Shown: positions 44,258 through 60,183, counted from the first letter of the stretch. The stretch: DNA of 64,000 bases from the human T2T-CHM13v2.0 reference genome, Homo sapiens (GCF_009914755.1 NC_060931.1), one strand, 5' to 3'. Made by a program: numbers and translations. Notes: a model not told the origin generated them from the sequence alone.

Positions 44258-44472
44258 CAGTGTGTCTTGATCTTAGCACGGTTGGCATTTGGGGCTGGGT
44301 AATTCTTTGTTCTCCAGGTTGTTTTTGTGCATTGTAGGATGTTCAGCAGCATCTTTGGCCTCCACTCATTGGATGCTAGTAGCAGCCCCCTAACCTGTGA
44401 GCTCCAAAAGTGTTTCCACATATTGCTAGAAGTCCTCTGGGGGCAAAATACAGCGTTAGTTAAGGACCACTG
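44258..44472. mobile_element. MER20 (hAT-Charlie)
   Basis: CAGTG...CACTG termini; GGGCTGGGTAATTCTTTGTT, GTGCATTGTAGGATGTTCAGCAGCATC. Confidence 0.9.
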
Positions 44473-44526
44473 TTCTAGATTAAGACTTAAATATAACTGA
44501 ATGTATAATACAGAACCAGAAGTTGA

Positions 44527-44952
<426 letters not shown>

Positions 44953-47285
44953 TAAACCAGTACTGGTACCATTGGAAATATTTCAGAATGATTTTTAGAA
45001 ATCTTTAAGTGACTGAATTCTTTTGGCTGTCTTTTCTAGCTTTGGTCTTTTGCTTTTCCCTACCTCTCTCCTCTCTGGAAATCCTGGCTGTCCCTGCTGG
45101 CCCAGCACTCTCCTCTGTCTTATCCCCGTTCTAGTCTACCCTTTTGCCCAGAGTTCCATCACCCTAGTCCTGTAAACAGAATTCTGGCTTACTTATTCCA
45201 GAAATTCAATTCTTGGAATGTTCGAAAACATTGTTTTCCTAATTTGACTTTAGTAGTAAATTGTGACCTTTTGGTTCTTTTTTGAATCCTTAAAGCATAT
45301 GTGTAAGCAGCTAAATGAAATAATTCCATGTAAAACACGGCAGTAGAATAAACTAGAAATGTAAAATCGTTTCTAGGTAACGTATAACCAGTGTCACAGC
45401 CATTTACATTAGATCGTGTTCATCTTCACTTATTCTGTTTTTCTCATCACATGATGTTTTTTAAATTTAAGGCATAAAATCTCTAAAGTACTTTTAAGAC
45501 AGTCTGTTAAATATATTGCATTTTTTTCTTAAGGAATGTATTGTCATTTTAAACAGCTGGGCTGAGTAATTTAGATATGAGACTTGCACACTATTAGTAA
45601 AGATTTTGGCACTGTCTATATGATTTAAATCAGAGGTATTTCACTATACTGAGCAGTGAATTAGGCCTTAAAAAAAGAGGAGCTAGTCTAATCATTGACA
45701 CTAAGGAAATCAGGCCAGAGTTTGGGTTGTTTGTCTTTTAGGTTTAGTTTTTATGCTTATTAGGATGATAATACTTAATAGAGAAACATTTTAAAGAAGT
45801 AAGTAATAATGAAAGTTTTTTATATAATAATGTCTAATTGTTGAGGAAATTATTTTTTATTGTTATATCTTTGAGAATGTTTTAATTTATCATCCTTTTA
45901 AGGGCAGTAAGATTAAGCTTATGCTTTATTTCGGTAGGTAACTATAGTATACTACTTGTACTTATGAAATATTATTTTATTATGTATTTGGAGGACATAA
46001 GATTTGACATACAAATAAATGATCATGAATTTATTTTCTGTTCCAAAGCTTTGAGCAGTATTCTCATTTATTCCACCTCACTGTCCTTCCTTCCGCTCCA
46101 CTCCCCCTCATATACAAAATTCCACACCCTTGTCTCCTTCTTCAGCTTGGTTTAAATATTCCAGGTTTGGGGGAAAATGAGCTGAGGGATTGGATTTCTT
46201 CTGTTTGGTGGATATTTTTCTATTGCTGCCACCAGGCAGCCCTTTGGGATGCTGCATCATTAATCTTCACTCCTTTTGAACTTGCCCTGTGACTTCCCCT
46301 AGTTGAGAAATGTTGGCTATGCAGGGCTTTTGATTTTTCATTGCTTTGACTTTCTTAGAATTGGTTTAGGATCTTAGATGTCAAAAAGCCCATTTCCTTG
46401 AATAAACGGATCCGGTATTTCAGTATGGGTTGTGTGCTTCTTTCTCATGGCATACCTTGTATTAGTTACTTTAGTAAGAAGCCACAGGTTTTGGAATTGC
46501 TGATTTTTTTCTGTACCTTCTGTTTTTCATTTTCATATTCATAGTTCAAGTCCTTCTCTGCCTCTGGCAGCCTAATTCCAATAGGCTCTCTTGCTTCTTG
46601 TCTTTCCCTCTAGCCTGTTCTTTCTACTGCAGATATCATGCTGCTTCCTTGCTCAGAAACCTTTGTTGACTTTTCCGTTTCCTGCAGAATAAAATCTTTT
46701 AGACTTGGCTTCCCTCTAGCCTTATACTTTTTCCTTAGGGCACCCTTCTCCAAACAGAAACTGTTGGCACATGTTAAAGCATATTTGCACTTGATTTCTG
46801 GTATTGTTTATCCTTCTGCCCAGCCTATTTTCCTACTGCTGTGGGCACTTTAAAGGCAGAATTTTTGTAGGTTTTCTTTGAATACCTAACAACCCTTCTA
46901 TTTTATTATGTGTAAAATGGCTTCTTAATTATGTAAAATTATTATCTTGCTGGAATATAAACTTTGTGCTCTGCTGTTTTCAATATCAATGAGAGCAAAT
47001 AACTGTCCAGCCAAATTATGTAAACAAAAAAGGAATAGTAAATTATGTGATGACCACAGTGAACACATGGCATCTAAAATCAAATTGTTTGGTTTAAGAT
47101 TTTTTTTCATATTTATAAGAGCTTTTCACAGTCATTGTATTTGATAAATTAAAGTTGAGAAAATGATAATGGATATTCATTGGAGGAGGATCTGCTATGT
47201 TGCAATTATGGCACTTTGCCCTGCAATTTTTTTTTTTTGTAAAGGTAGATCTCATTTTCTAATTTTTATTTTTGGCCCCAATTTC

Positions 47286-47585
<300 letters not shown>

Positions 47586-48049
47586 TTTGGCCCCAATTTC
47601 TAATGCATAAAAAGTATGACTGTTGTTGAATGTCTCAGTGATAGGAAACATGCCTATCTTACAGAATTTAATAGATGTTATTTAAACCTGAAAAAGACTG
47701 CTGTAATTTTTTAAACAGAAATTGTGTATTCAACCACAATCAATTTTTATTTTGTTACACATGTCTAACTGCCTTGGAAAATTCTGTGTACAACAAATTC
47801 ACACAGGAAGACCTGAGTGTATTTGAGTGTGTTTGTTGCAGATTTCTTGGTCACATGTTCTGGCATGCAGTTAACCAATGTATGACTCCCCAGAGTATGA
47901 CACAGTGAAGTTCAGATCCCAGACTCCATTTGAGTCTTACGAACTAAGGTCAGCTCTACCTAATCTTTTAGTGCTCAGACTGGTTTCTGTCATAACTTGT
48001 TAGTGCCAATTAAAAGCCGTAACGGAAATAGGGCAAAAAAATTTTTTTA

Positions 48050-49545
48050 ATGAATGTTCATTACCATAAACGTAGTGACAACACAAAATTTATTGTCATA
48101 CAGTTGTGGAGGTTAGAAGTCCAAAAAGGGTTTCCACTGGGCTAAAGTCAGGTTGTTGATAGGGCTTCTTTTCTTCTGGAGATTCTAGAGGAGAATCCAT
48201 TCCCTTGCCTTTTTCAGCTCTACAGAGGCTGCCTGCTTTCATTGGCTCATGGTGCCTTCTCCATCTCAAAGCCAGCAATAGCTGGTGGAGTCTTTCTCAT
48301 GTGGCATCACTCTCCTGCCTCCCTTTTTCACTTGGAAGGACCCTTGTAATTACATTGGGCCCACCCACATAATCCAAGTTAATAGTCCCATCTCAAGATC
48401 ACATCTGCAAAATTCCTTTTGCCCTATGAGGTGACATATTCACAGGTTTCAGGGATTGGGACATATTTATCTTTGGGGACCATTATTTTGCCTTCCACAG
48501 TCCGCCCTCTGGCTCCCAAAGGCTCATGTGCATCCTGCATGCAAAATGCATTCACCCTCTCCCAACATCTCCAAAAGTCTCAACCCAATACAGCCACAAC
48601 TGACTGCAAAATCTCAACCAGGGCTCTTGATCTAACTCAGGAATAGGTGAGATTCTGGGTGTAATCCATACTGGGACAAAATTCCTGTCTGTTTGTGGAC
48701 CTGTGAAACTAGCAAACAAGTTATCTGCTCCCAGAATATGGTGGGTCAGGCATAGGTTATCATTAAATGGAAAGAAAAAAGGAGTCTCTAGTTTTGAGCA
48801 CTTTCAAAACTCCTTTAGGTTTCAAGGACTGGGGATAGTTCTCTGTGACTCTTTACTCCACCCTGTGGGTACTGAACTTCTCCACTCTTGGGAGTCATCC
48901 TTCTTTTCTAATGAAGGGTGTAGCACCTGTATGCTGCTGATTACTTTTATCAGCCTGTTTCTTGCCTCTGGAATTATGGTGGTCTGACAGCATTATTTCA
49001 TTTCATATTCTTTTACTTCACCTTTTTCCTGTCCCGTTTTACTGTAACCAGCAAGAAAAAACAAAAACAAAGAACCGGCCACATCTTTAATACTTTGCTT
49101 GGAAATCTCTTCATCTTAATGTCCAGGTTCATAGCTTACAAGGTCTGCTTTCCACGTAACTGCTGGACTTAATTCAGCTAAGCTTTCTGCCTGTATATAG
49201 CAAGGATCCCCTTCCTCTAGTTTTTGATAACATGTTTCACCTTTCTTCCCATCCAAGTCCTCATCAGCAGCAAATTTAAGCTCCATGCGTCTAGCAATAG
49301 TATGTTCATGATAATTCACATATTTTCTAAGGTGATAATGTGTCATCTACCATGCTTCTCACTTCGTTCTGAGCCCACACTGGGAGAGACATTAACATCG
49401 TATTTCTATTAACAGTATGTCAAGACCACCTAGACTTTTTCTATTATGCTTCTCAAAATTCTTTTAGCCTCTGCCCATTGCCCATTTCTGCATTTTTAGG
49501 TGTTTGTTATAGCAGCACCCCATTTCCCATTATCTTCATCGGTAT
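48050..49545 (-). mobile_element. MLT1 (B/C-like) LTR (~48050-48500) plus MLT1-internal sequence
   Basis: CTAGAGGAGAATCCATTCCCTTGCCTTTTTCAGCT; LTR/internal junction TTCCACAGTCCGCCCTCTGG; internal 5' end TTTAGGTGTTTGTTATAGCAGCACCCC. Confidence 0.82.
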
Positions 49546-50904
49546 CTTATATATCACTTTTGAAAGTGCAAAATAATTGTAATTTTACATTCTCCAGTCC
49601 CTCATAATTTATGTGACTATCATGGTAACACTAAAAGCACCAGTTTCTTACATGTCATATTGAACCCATGGTGTTACTCAAGTCGTAATGTGAAAGAATA
49701 AAGCTTTTCTTTGCCTCTTCTTTATTGACATTTTTCCTGATCATCCAGTCTAAATTAGTCTTCCTTCGTCTCCCTTCCTACTAATACCATATTGAAATCA
49801 TCTTGTACTTTTATTTTTTATTGTCTGTTGCCTTTCTCTATGGCATTGGCCCCATCAGAGCATGAATCTTGTCAGACTTATCATCTGATGGGATGGCACA
49901 TAGTAGCTGTTTCATAATTGTTGGTTAAATTAATGGATAAATTGTTGAACATTAATTTTGACTAGTTTTCTTTTAAAGGGAAAAATTGGTACATATTCTT
50001 TGTGCCTTGGGTATTTTGAGTGAATTTTAGCCCAATATATATCTTGCTGGTTTAGAGTAATGAAAACCTACTACATTATTCCTAACACATTTCTAAAAAG
50101 TAAACTAATTTTGGGGACCATATTCTTGTTGCATGATCAAAATCATGATTCTTGGTAAATAATTAAGTGGTAGAGTGAAATGTGATTTTCATATTTGAAT
50201 ATTCTGGGAACTTTGTTTTTAACAGTATTGCTGCCTTGCTGTTTCACATGTTATTTTGCTGCTTTCTTAAAATGCATACACTATTGCAATGTGGCATTTA
50301 ATATATACTCACAACTATATATTTCACACAGGATGATGTGACTCTGGTAAACCTCAGCTTTCAGGAGCCAGCAGGCTGCTCAGAGGCTCACCAGCAGACT
50401 GTTCTTTATGTCTTGCTTGTTCCTATGTGGTGAGGATGATCACTAGTAGCATTTGTAAGATGTGTTCCATGCTTTTCCTGTCAAATTACGCTTTAGCCTT
50501 ACCAGATCCTTAAGAGAATTTACAGTCTACTTGGGGAAATACAATATATACATAAAGATAAGTCCTCATAATGTCAAATGGGGAAGAAAAAATAAAATAG
50601 ATACTAGGTAGGGGAGGTGAGTGTCAATATTGGGACTTCATTGTTGATCTTGGGGGGTGGAGGTGGAGGTAGCTTGCCTCTCAGATATTACTTTGGTTAT
50701 AAATCTGTCAGTTGTTTTCATGTATTTCTGAACCTACTATTTAACCCTTACTGGGTGTAAGCTTTGTGTTGTATGGAAACTTATAATGTAGAAGAGACTT
50801 TGCTATCTATGAATTTAGTTTTCTAACATTTTCCATGTCTAAGGAATTTTTTTCCCCTCCAAGGTTTATTTAGCTCTGTAGAAAGGCTTTCCAGAGAGGA
50901 AAGG

Positions 50905-51115
50905 TGAGTTGACTTAGAACTCTGGTGGTAAAAGTTTTCCCATGAGACCTTGGGCAAGTTACCAAATTTTATAAGCTTCAGTTTTTTCTTCTATAAATGC
51001 TGGATAATAAATATATCTACTTCATAGGGCTAGTGACAAAGTAAGCTAATGCATCTGAAGTACTTAGAATACTACATGGTACATACATTCTTAATAATTA
51101 TAGGCTATTATTATA
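50905..51115 (+). mobile_element. MIR
   Basis: GACCTTGGGCAAGTTAC..CTTCAGTTTTTTCTTCTATAAA. Confidence 0.75.
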
Positions 51116-51214
51116 AATACTTCAGAGACTCTGTGGAATCAGCCCTCCCTTGCAGTTTCATCCATTTGTGGTCATAGACATTAAATTCTTTTTATTGGCT
51201 TTTCTTAGCAAGGA

Positions 51215-51290
51215 TGTGTGTGTGTGTGTGTGTGCGTGTGTGTGTGTGTATCTATATGTGTGCATATATGTGTGTGTGTGTATATATATA
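51215..51290. repeat. Compound (TG)n/(TA)n microsatellite
   Basis: Imperfect alternating purine-pyrimidine tract. Confidence 0.95.
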
Positions 51291-52479
51291 GTGAAGACTT
51301 CAAGAAGTATAAATTCAGTTTTAAACATTAGTTTCTAATCCCACCGTAACTTCCTTGAGGGACTTGGATTTCTCTTTAACAGCCTCCTTACTGGGGCTAG
51401 ACCAGGTAAATATCTGTGCTGTGTTAAGAATTCTATAGAGAATGCACTTTACATAATCAGAAGATTTTACAAATGTTATAGCAGTAATTTTCTCTTCATT
51501 TTATTATCCATTTTTAGAATTAGTGCAGTGGCTTTTTGCAAACTTTTTTTTTTTTTTGGAAAATAAAGCTGTTAGTGTAAATTATGAAACGTTAAGTTTA
51601 TTCAAAAGATGGTGCCATTTCTCAGAGGAGTTTGACAACTTTCCACAAAATATAAAATCCTTTCTAAAACTTCCTGCACTGTTGACTCAAAGAGATTCCT
51701 GATAGAACTCCAGGATTATAACGGATTTACTTTTAGGAGAAGAATGTCTTTAAAAGTGGTGGTAACCTTAATAGAGAAACAGTGAATTGTTGAATCTGTG
51801 ATAGTATTTGTGCCTTTTAATAAATTGTAAAATGAGTTCCTTAAGACTTACATCTTCAGTTGTATGAAACTCCTCCTGTTACCCTTGCCTCACTAAAGTA
51901 CAATCCAGAATTTTTTCTAGTAACTGATCTATGTTATTCATTTTTCTTGTTTGGGCACATACATCTTATTTGACAGCCGTTGCTGAAGGCTTACTAATTT
52001 TGTTCTTCATGGTATTTAAGAGGGATGGAACTTGTAAGTAAACTTACAGTTATAATCAATATAATGTAGTAGGAGTTAAACTGCCTTCTTATATGGTTCC
52101 GAAGTTAATCTAATTCCAAGAATTACATTTATTTCGGTATAGCTTGAAATTGATCCATGTATACTAGCTCACTTAAGTTTTCACAAACTGAGCACATTCA
52201 ATCAGCAATCAGATCAAGAAATGTATGCAAGGTATATTTTGTTACTGTAAAAAGTAATGGTGGTCAGTAAAGTTGCTGGGACTATAAGATGGTGCTCCTC
52301 TAATTCAAGACCAACACTGAGCACTTGCCTCCATCAATTCGTCCTCTCTTGCCTCCAGCACTTTTTTCCATCCACCTGATCCACTAGCATCTTCATACTG
52401 CTTTAAAGACTCCTGTGTCCTGGTCTCAAGTCATGCCTAGCTTTAAAAGTGATAAAATCCAAGTAATACACCCCTTAAG

Positions 52480-53860
52480 TAATTTTTAATCTATTTTTTT
52501 ATTTAAACTTTTCAGAATATTCAGAAAAATAGGCAGTGTTCATATTTTTCCTTTTTCACTTTGCAGTCACTCTTTAAATTACTTTCTGCTTTAAATTATT
52601 GACTTTCTGATTGATATAGAAGTATTGAGAAATAGGCAGTCATGTAACCATATCAATCTATATATTTTTTAAAGAGGTAATGTGGTGTTTATTCCCGTGT
52701 ACTCTTCTCCTTCTGGAGTTCCTTTTATATGAAGGTTGGGCTTCTCATTCGAACTTAATTGTAACCTCTTTGTGGTTTTTATCTTTTTGTGCTACTTACA
52801 CATTTTCTAGGTTCATTTTTATCCAGTTGGTAATAACTAATCTACCTATTAATAGATTGAGCTTTACATTTTAGTGGTGAAATTTCTATGTCTAAAAACC
52901 ATTTCTAATCTTTAGCTTGAAAAAGTGTCTGTTATTCTACTTCTTTATTTTCTGGCTTTTTCAAAGCCATTTTCATTATATTGTACCTATTTCATAGTCT
53001 GAAAAACGATTTTTGAAGTTCTTGAGCTTCAGCTATTTATGGTGTCTTGACTCTGTCTCGTGGTAAATTGTGTCCTCTTATAATTTTTCATTTGTGAGCA
53101 TATATTAAGCAGTACGTTGTCTGTGTGAATCCTGTACACCCTGGGTTGGCTGCAGTTTTCCTTTCAATCTCGTGGATGCTGTGTCCTTCTTACTTGGTTT
53201 TTCCCAGGCAGCCCTTTCCTGTAGAGCCAGTATGAGGTAGCCAGGTTCTCAGCTGTTTCGAGTGCTTTGCCTTCTCTGGTTATCTCAAGCATCAGGAAAA
53301 TTATATGTTGCATACATTCCACAGAGGTCCCATGGTGATGGGGAAAGGTCAGCTCAGGCATTCCCTCTGCTTAGCCACACTTCATCATACTGCTTGGATA
53401 CATGTTGCTGCCTAGGAGACTTTCTTAACCCAAACAGGCCCCACTGCCTTTAGCAGTTTCTTCATCTTCTCTGACATACAATTCAGCTTTGGCCCAGAGT
53501 GGAGATTAAGATATGGGTCTGACTCTGCCTCTCTTTTCCCTGTGTGACTGCTGCAGTTGCTCCTAACTGAATGCCCTGTAGCTCCCAAGCTTGCAGGCTC
53601 TGCCATGGGATGCCTGGGAAAGTAAGGCACTTGTACTCTTCCATTTTTGTCTGGATGATACCAGTGTCTGCCTCTTCTCCCATTATTCATGTAAATGCAA
53701 AAGAGAAAAAAAGCACTTTAATAATTTTCAAAAATTTCTCATATTACATTCTCTATTGTGTCTGGCTCTGAAGTTAGGTTTTTGTGTTTTTTTCCCACAA
53801 TTATTCCTACTGTATGTCCTTGCTGCAATCCAAGTGCTGACCTTATTTTTTTAGAGCTCG
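52480..53860 (-). mobile_element. Old L1M-like fragment(s)
   Basis: T-rich degenerate sequence resembling antisense L1M. Confidence 0.4.
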
Positions 53861-53869
53861 TTCTTTTTA

Positions 53870-54030
53870 AAGTTAAACTTTACTATGCATAGAAGTAATT
53901 TTGAATCTTTCAAAATGCAGATTCTCATTGAGTAGGTCTGGGGTGGGGCCTGAGATTCTGCATTTCTCATAGGCTCCCGGGGTGCTTGTATTGCTGAGCC
54001 ACAGTCCAGTCCATCTCAGAGTCCTAGAGG
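53870..54030. mobile_element. MER5A-like
   Basis: AAATGCAGATTCT..GTAGGTCTGGGGTGGGGCCTGAGATTCTGCATTTCT. Confidence 0.85.
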
Positions 54031-54531
54031 AGGTAATCTTCTCTGGTTCTTTTCCATTTATCCATTTCATAAGCATTTCTCACATCTTATCTGGCCTTTG
54101 CCACATTCATGAAACCTATCACTTTATCAGTAAGGTATTTAAAACACTGCCTTGCACAGAGTAAACATTCATCATGTTCTAGATATTCACATGTACATGA
54201 ACACACACATATCTATCACACTTAATATTATTGCTGTTTTATAGTTAAACTTCTTCTAATGTCAATCTAGAAACTTGTTTTAGTAGTGCATTTTGAGAGA
54301 AACCATTTGGTATCATCTTGCATGGAAACATCCGCTTCCTTAGGAATGACCAAAAACTATAATTAGTGATAATGAATCTTTTATGATTTGGCAAGAGTGT
54401 TTTAAGTGGAGTTCTTTTGATGATACGATTGTTCAGGTCAGGCTGAAAGAGCCCCAATAATAATGTTTTTCTGACTGTTTTCCTCTGGTAATGTTTGTGA
54501 TAAAATTCCTTTGTCATAAATAAATATTGTT

Positions 54532-54892
54532 GCTGGTGCAGACTGAATATTTGTATTCCCCCAAAATTCACATGTCGAAACCCTAACCCCCAATGTGATA
54601 GGGTTTGGAGATGGGGCTTTTGGGAAGTAATTAAGGTTAGATTAGGTAATGAGGGCTGGTCCTTCATGATGAGATTGGTATCCTTATTAAAAAAAAAAAA
54701 AAAAGACACAGGAGCTCTCTTGCTTGTACCAAGAAGTGGCCATATGAGACATAACTCAGTGAGGGCCCTCACCAAGAACCAGACCATTCTGGCCCCCTGA
54801 TGCGATCTCCAGCTTCTTGACCTATGAGAAATAAATGTTGTTTAAGCCACCCAGTATAGTTTTCTGTTACAGCAGGCTTCACTGACTGAGAC
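54532..54892 (+). mobile_element. MLT1A-like solo LTR
   Basis: GACTGAATATTTGTATTCCCCCAAAATTCACATGT..CCCTAACCCCCAATGTGAT...GAGAAATAAATGTTGTTTAAGCCACCCAGT. Confidence 0.88.
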
Positions 54893-57149
54893 AGTTGTAA
54901 ATTCTGATTAAGTTTACAGTCATTGGACTTGAAATAATCGTGCTGCTTCCCCATCACTTCAGCTCTTCTGATCTGTAGGTGGTGCATACAACATGATTTC
55001 CCATTGCTTTTAAAAGGGAATTCTGATCTTAGAAAACTACCCTTCATGTTTAGTGATAAGTAATTGCAAAATAAGAACTATTTGGTGATTAAACAGCATG
55101 TGTTCTATAGCTTCTACTTTCATCATAATATCATTTGCTGGTTGGGCTTAGTTGCAGTTACGACATCTGGTTCTTATGAAACGTGTAAATTCATTCAACA
55201 AATATTTATAGAATGCCAGTTCTATGGCCTGCATTTTCTAAATATGTGGGAATGGAAGTCTTTGGGAAGCTGATAAAGTACATAACACATTATTGGAACA
55301 TTTCACCATTAGGTAAAACCATGTGTTTTTTGTTGCTGTTGTTGTTGTTTAGTTATGTTTAAATATAAAAACTGGGCTGTGGATTCTTTCTCTCATTTGT
55401 CTTGATAGGCCTTTGTAGTAAATCATCTTAAAGATGTTTTAGATGAATGCAGTTTATAGGTCAGGTTGAGTTTTACTGCTTTTTGCCAAAAACTATTTCA
55501 GACTTTCAGAGCTAAGCACTAAGTAAATGGACTCCACAGTAATTTATACTGTGCACATGGTGATGCTTGGAATTTTAGAACTAATTCTCTGGAAGGTTGT
55601 CAACTGACAAATGTCCATTGTAGAATTAGCAGTCCCATCTGAAATAACTTAAACTGTAATTTAAAAAGTAGTATAGAAAGAGCAATTCTGAAAAATATGA
55701 AACTCTCAAAAAGATCTTAGTGGCCCCTTTTGGAGAATCGGTAGGACTTAGGCTTTGTAATTCATAGACTTGTGTAGATTTTGCATTGTATTTGGGTATA
55801 TGTCGACGTTTATGTCCATCAGTGAAAAAAATGTTATTTTAAAATTAAAAAAAAACAAAAAACTTAGAAAATTAGAGCATCTGAATGATTTTGTTAGATA
55901 AGCAACTTAACTTTTAAAAATAAAAGCTAAAAACCATTTTGAATAATTTCTAGAATGGGTTCATATCCATGGAGAAATAAGTTGAGAACCAAACTAATGT
56001 TTTAGAATTGAATGGTTGTGTTCTAGAAATGATTTAGTATAAGGGTTTGTCTTTATTTCTGAAAGTTAGGATTAGCTATTTAGATTGATGGTAGTTTTAA
56101 TAACTAAATATTATGTGGATGTTTACAACTAATATCTCCAGTTTATTTGATGGAACTTTTGAGGTAAAAATATAGTTATAACTTCCTTGTAATATATTTC
56201 CCACATATTTTGAGGTGTTCAGTCTTGAGACTGATATGTGGTATTACTAATACTAATGTAGTCTCAATAGTCTTAATTATATGCAGTATCAGTGTAGAAA
56301 AAAATATAGGAATTGCTTTCTTTTGTTCTAGTATTTACTTTCAAATGCTGCTTCTCTCTATATAAAATATTACAGCTATACTGTGGACATTTAGGGAAGC
56401 AAACATTTGAGTAAATTTCTTTTCTCGATGTATTTTGAGTGGTTGATGTTGTATTGCAAATGTAACTTTACACTTATTCTGGCTTAAATATTTACTTATT
56501 AAATATTTTCTGTAAATCCCAACTTTAGTGGCTATATATGTTTTACAGATATTCCATAATTTGTTTAATCACACTAATGTTGATAATTGATGTCGCCTAC
56601 ATTTACAGTCATGTACTATGCTGGAACTGTCAAATTTTATGCATGTATCATTGCCTGTATTCCTAATTATTTGCTTAAATTATTGGGTTAAAAGTTTTGA
56701 ACCCTTTTAAAGCTTATGATGTGTATAGATATTCACCCCCTAAATGGTCCAGTTTCTATCCCTACAGGAGGCATGTGAAGCTGCTGTGTTTCACCTTACC
56801 CTCATGAGCATTGAGTGTTCTTGTAATTATCTGCACTAACTTGATGGATAACAATGGCTTCCCATTGTTACTTTAATCTGCAATTTTGGATTTGCTGAGG
56901 GGCAGTAGAAGGACTATATACTCTAAAGAAGTTAATGTGCTCCATTTTGAGATTCATCAGAACCTGTCTTGTAATACTTTACATGTTTGTATATTCCCGC
57001 TTTCCCATGTACTTTTTGATTTTGTTATTTTTTCACCTAGATAGATTGTTTTGCTTCATGTTAATGAGAGGATTTAGAAAGCCTTAAATTGTTGGCCCAT
57101 GTAACTATTCCTTGAGTGGTTTTAACAAGGCATTTTTAAAATTTACATA

Positions 57150-58040
57150 ATTTTATATGCCTTCAGGATATACAAACTAAAGTAGAGAAGAATTTGTTAA
57201 ATGAGAAGAAAAAAGGAAACTACAATAGACAAGATTGATTAATTCACGTTAGCATTGAAAACCTACATACCCTAACAAAGTGGGACCAAACAGCATACCA
57301 TCTATATACCACCTGTTTTCATGGAAGTGCAGATTACAATGAGATGCCATCAGAACCGGACAATACCAAATGTTGACTTGACAGCTTTAATGTACTGTTG
57401 GTTGGGAGCATCAATTGGTAAAACAATTTTGGGTAAAGCTTTATCAATACTTAGTAAAGGTTACATACCTTTGAATCGATAATCCCATTCCTAGGTATAG
57501 ATTCCAGAGAAAGTGGTGTACATGTACCAGGAAAAATATTTACTACAACATTGTTAGTAATAGCAAAATTTCAAAAGAACTAAATTATTAATCATCAAGA
57601 GTGAATAAATATGTGAGCAGGAATGAATAAATAAATGAGGGTATATACTGAAAGTGAAATACTATGTTAGAACTATAGAAATGAAGTGCTATACGGAGAT
57701 AGTGAATGTTTGATAAATCTCAATAACAATGCTAAGTTAAATATGCACTTTGTAAAGTGATATGCTTTATGACACATTCGTATAAAGTTAAAATATCCTC
57801 AGAACTATGCCATATGTTTATAGGTACAAACACATAAAGGAAAACTGTAAATAAATGCAGGGAGAGGATAAACATCAAATTCAGAGTGCTGGTTACTTCT
57901 GAGGAGGCGGAGAGGGAAGTGGATCAGGAGGATGCATCCAGGGTACTGCAGTGTTTTAATTCTCAAGCTGGATGCTGGACACACAGATGTTTATTATCTT
58001 ATTTTCTAGATATTTTTATGTGACTGAAATATTTCGTAAA
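57150..58040 (+). mobile_element. L1ME-like 3' region
   Basis: ACAATACCAAATGTTG, AATCCCATTCCTAGGTATA..CCAGAGAAA, AAATTCAGAGTGCTGGTTACTTCTG. Confidence 0.75.
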
Positions 58041-59872
58041 TAAACAGAACTTTTGTTATTGTAGGCTAATTCATCTCAATTTTGGCATGTTTTTCTGTGA
58101 TTTCACATCCGGTTATTTCCCAAGCCTTATTTACTCCTTATTGCATTGCATTGTCCATCCATCATCCGCCGTTTTTCCATTTTTACACAAGTTATTCTTT
58201 TGTAATGTCCTCCTACCTGGTCTTCCTCCCTATGTGCTTCCCACCCTTCAGTCTATATCAGTCCTCCAGAATGACAGCTTTGATGGTATTAGTAACTGGC
58301 CAGAAGTCGTCAGTAGCTCTGTTTATTTACAGAATATTGTTCTCTTCATTAGCATGGAATTCAGGAGCCTCTGTGGTTTGGCTTCCACCCTGCATTTCCA
58401 TATTTCCCATGATTCTCCCTTGCCACAGTATGAGAACTTCCCCTGCTTTCCCATCTTGATATCCTTGCTTATGTTCCTCTTTCAGGGAGTGCCCTTCCAC
58501 CCTTACCTGTTTCCAGTCCTGCCCAGGCATGTTCATGAGCAGAGTTTGGGAGAACTTTTTTCAAAGTTGAGTAATATCTGGATCCCTAATAAAACAGTTC
58601 TTATGGATTCCTAATATTGATTTAAATGTATTGCAAAATCACTTCAATATACAAAACTATGAAAACATATAATTAAGTAGAAAAATGTTTCTCACTTCTA
58701 GATAACCACAAAGCCAAAAAAAAAAAATTACACACAAAACCACAAACCAATAGAGTTCTCATTAACATGACTTGTTCTCTCCTGGTTGTGATGTCAGTCA
58801 GCTATAAACTGCTTTCACATGTGGTATGCCTACTATCAAATGCCACAAGATGTCTCAGTTCTTCCCTTCTCTTTCTCTAATTGCAAAGTCCTCATTCCTG
58901 GGGTGCTCCCACCCCCAGTGGAATAAATGCCTCAATGAAGCATCATCATGAATGAAAAGGCTCAGTAGTGTTCCCCACCAAGTGGCTGCATTTCTACATG
59001 AAAAAAATACATCTGCCTCTAACTTTCAAACTGCCTAAGTGCAGATTTATTTAATAAATATTAGCTATTGTCTGCTACAGACTGTGTCAAAGGTTGTGTG
59101 GATCCAAACATGTATCATACATGGATCCTGCCCTTGAGGAGTTTCGTGGCAAAAGAAACCAAGGAAACATTATTTACGGGAGGGATAAATGCTAGGGGGT
59201 GTGATTTGAACTTGTATAGGGAGGCATCTGAATTTCAAGTTCAGAGCTGTTAGTACATGGCCCTTCAGCTATTAAAGGGCACAAGCAAGAATATGAAGTT
59301 GACATGTTTATTTTTAATTTTTTCACTTTGTTCTCCTTTCACGGCCTCTTTTCAGTTTTTTAGTATACGCTATTTCCTTCAGTTTTCTAGAACTAAGGTG
59401 GCAGGTAGTATTAATCTCATGTTACAAAGCAGGAAATTGAGTTTTTGATAGATAAGGAATTTGCCCAAGACATACTGCTAGTACGTGGCCATGCTGGGTG
59501 TCGTCTCCTTCTATACTGCCTCTCAGTCCTCTGTTATGCTTCTTTCCTTATGTTATTTCATGTGTGCATTTGCAGTTATGCAATTAAATGGTATTTTTCC
59601 CTCTATTAGGGAGAAAGGGCCTGGTCAAAAGTAGACACTAAGTAAATATCTGTTGAATAAATTAATGAACAATTATATCTTATGTTGCAAGAATTAATAA
59701 CTACAACACCATTATTAACTGATATACCCAACAGGTGTTTTAACTAGATAGTTTAAAAGGGGAAACTAAGTTATGCATATCCGTTGAAATAGGTCGATGT
59801 TTTGTTTTTACAAAAACGGGTTAAAGAAACCAACTTAAGGATCTAATCTGGGGGTAGATTCGGTCTCAATTC

Positions 59873-60183
<311 letters not shown>

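Noticed and set aside
54245-58614. 180-aa (54245-54787) and 175-aa (58087-58614) ORFs
   Set aside because: The first overlaps an MLT1A LTR and the second pyrimidine-rich L2-like sequence; no known protein similarity or exon structure that I can recognise
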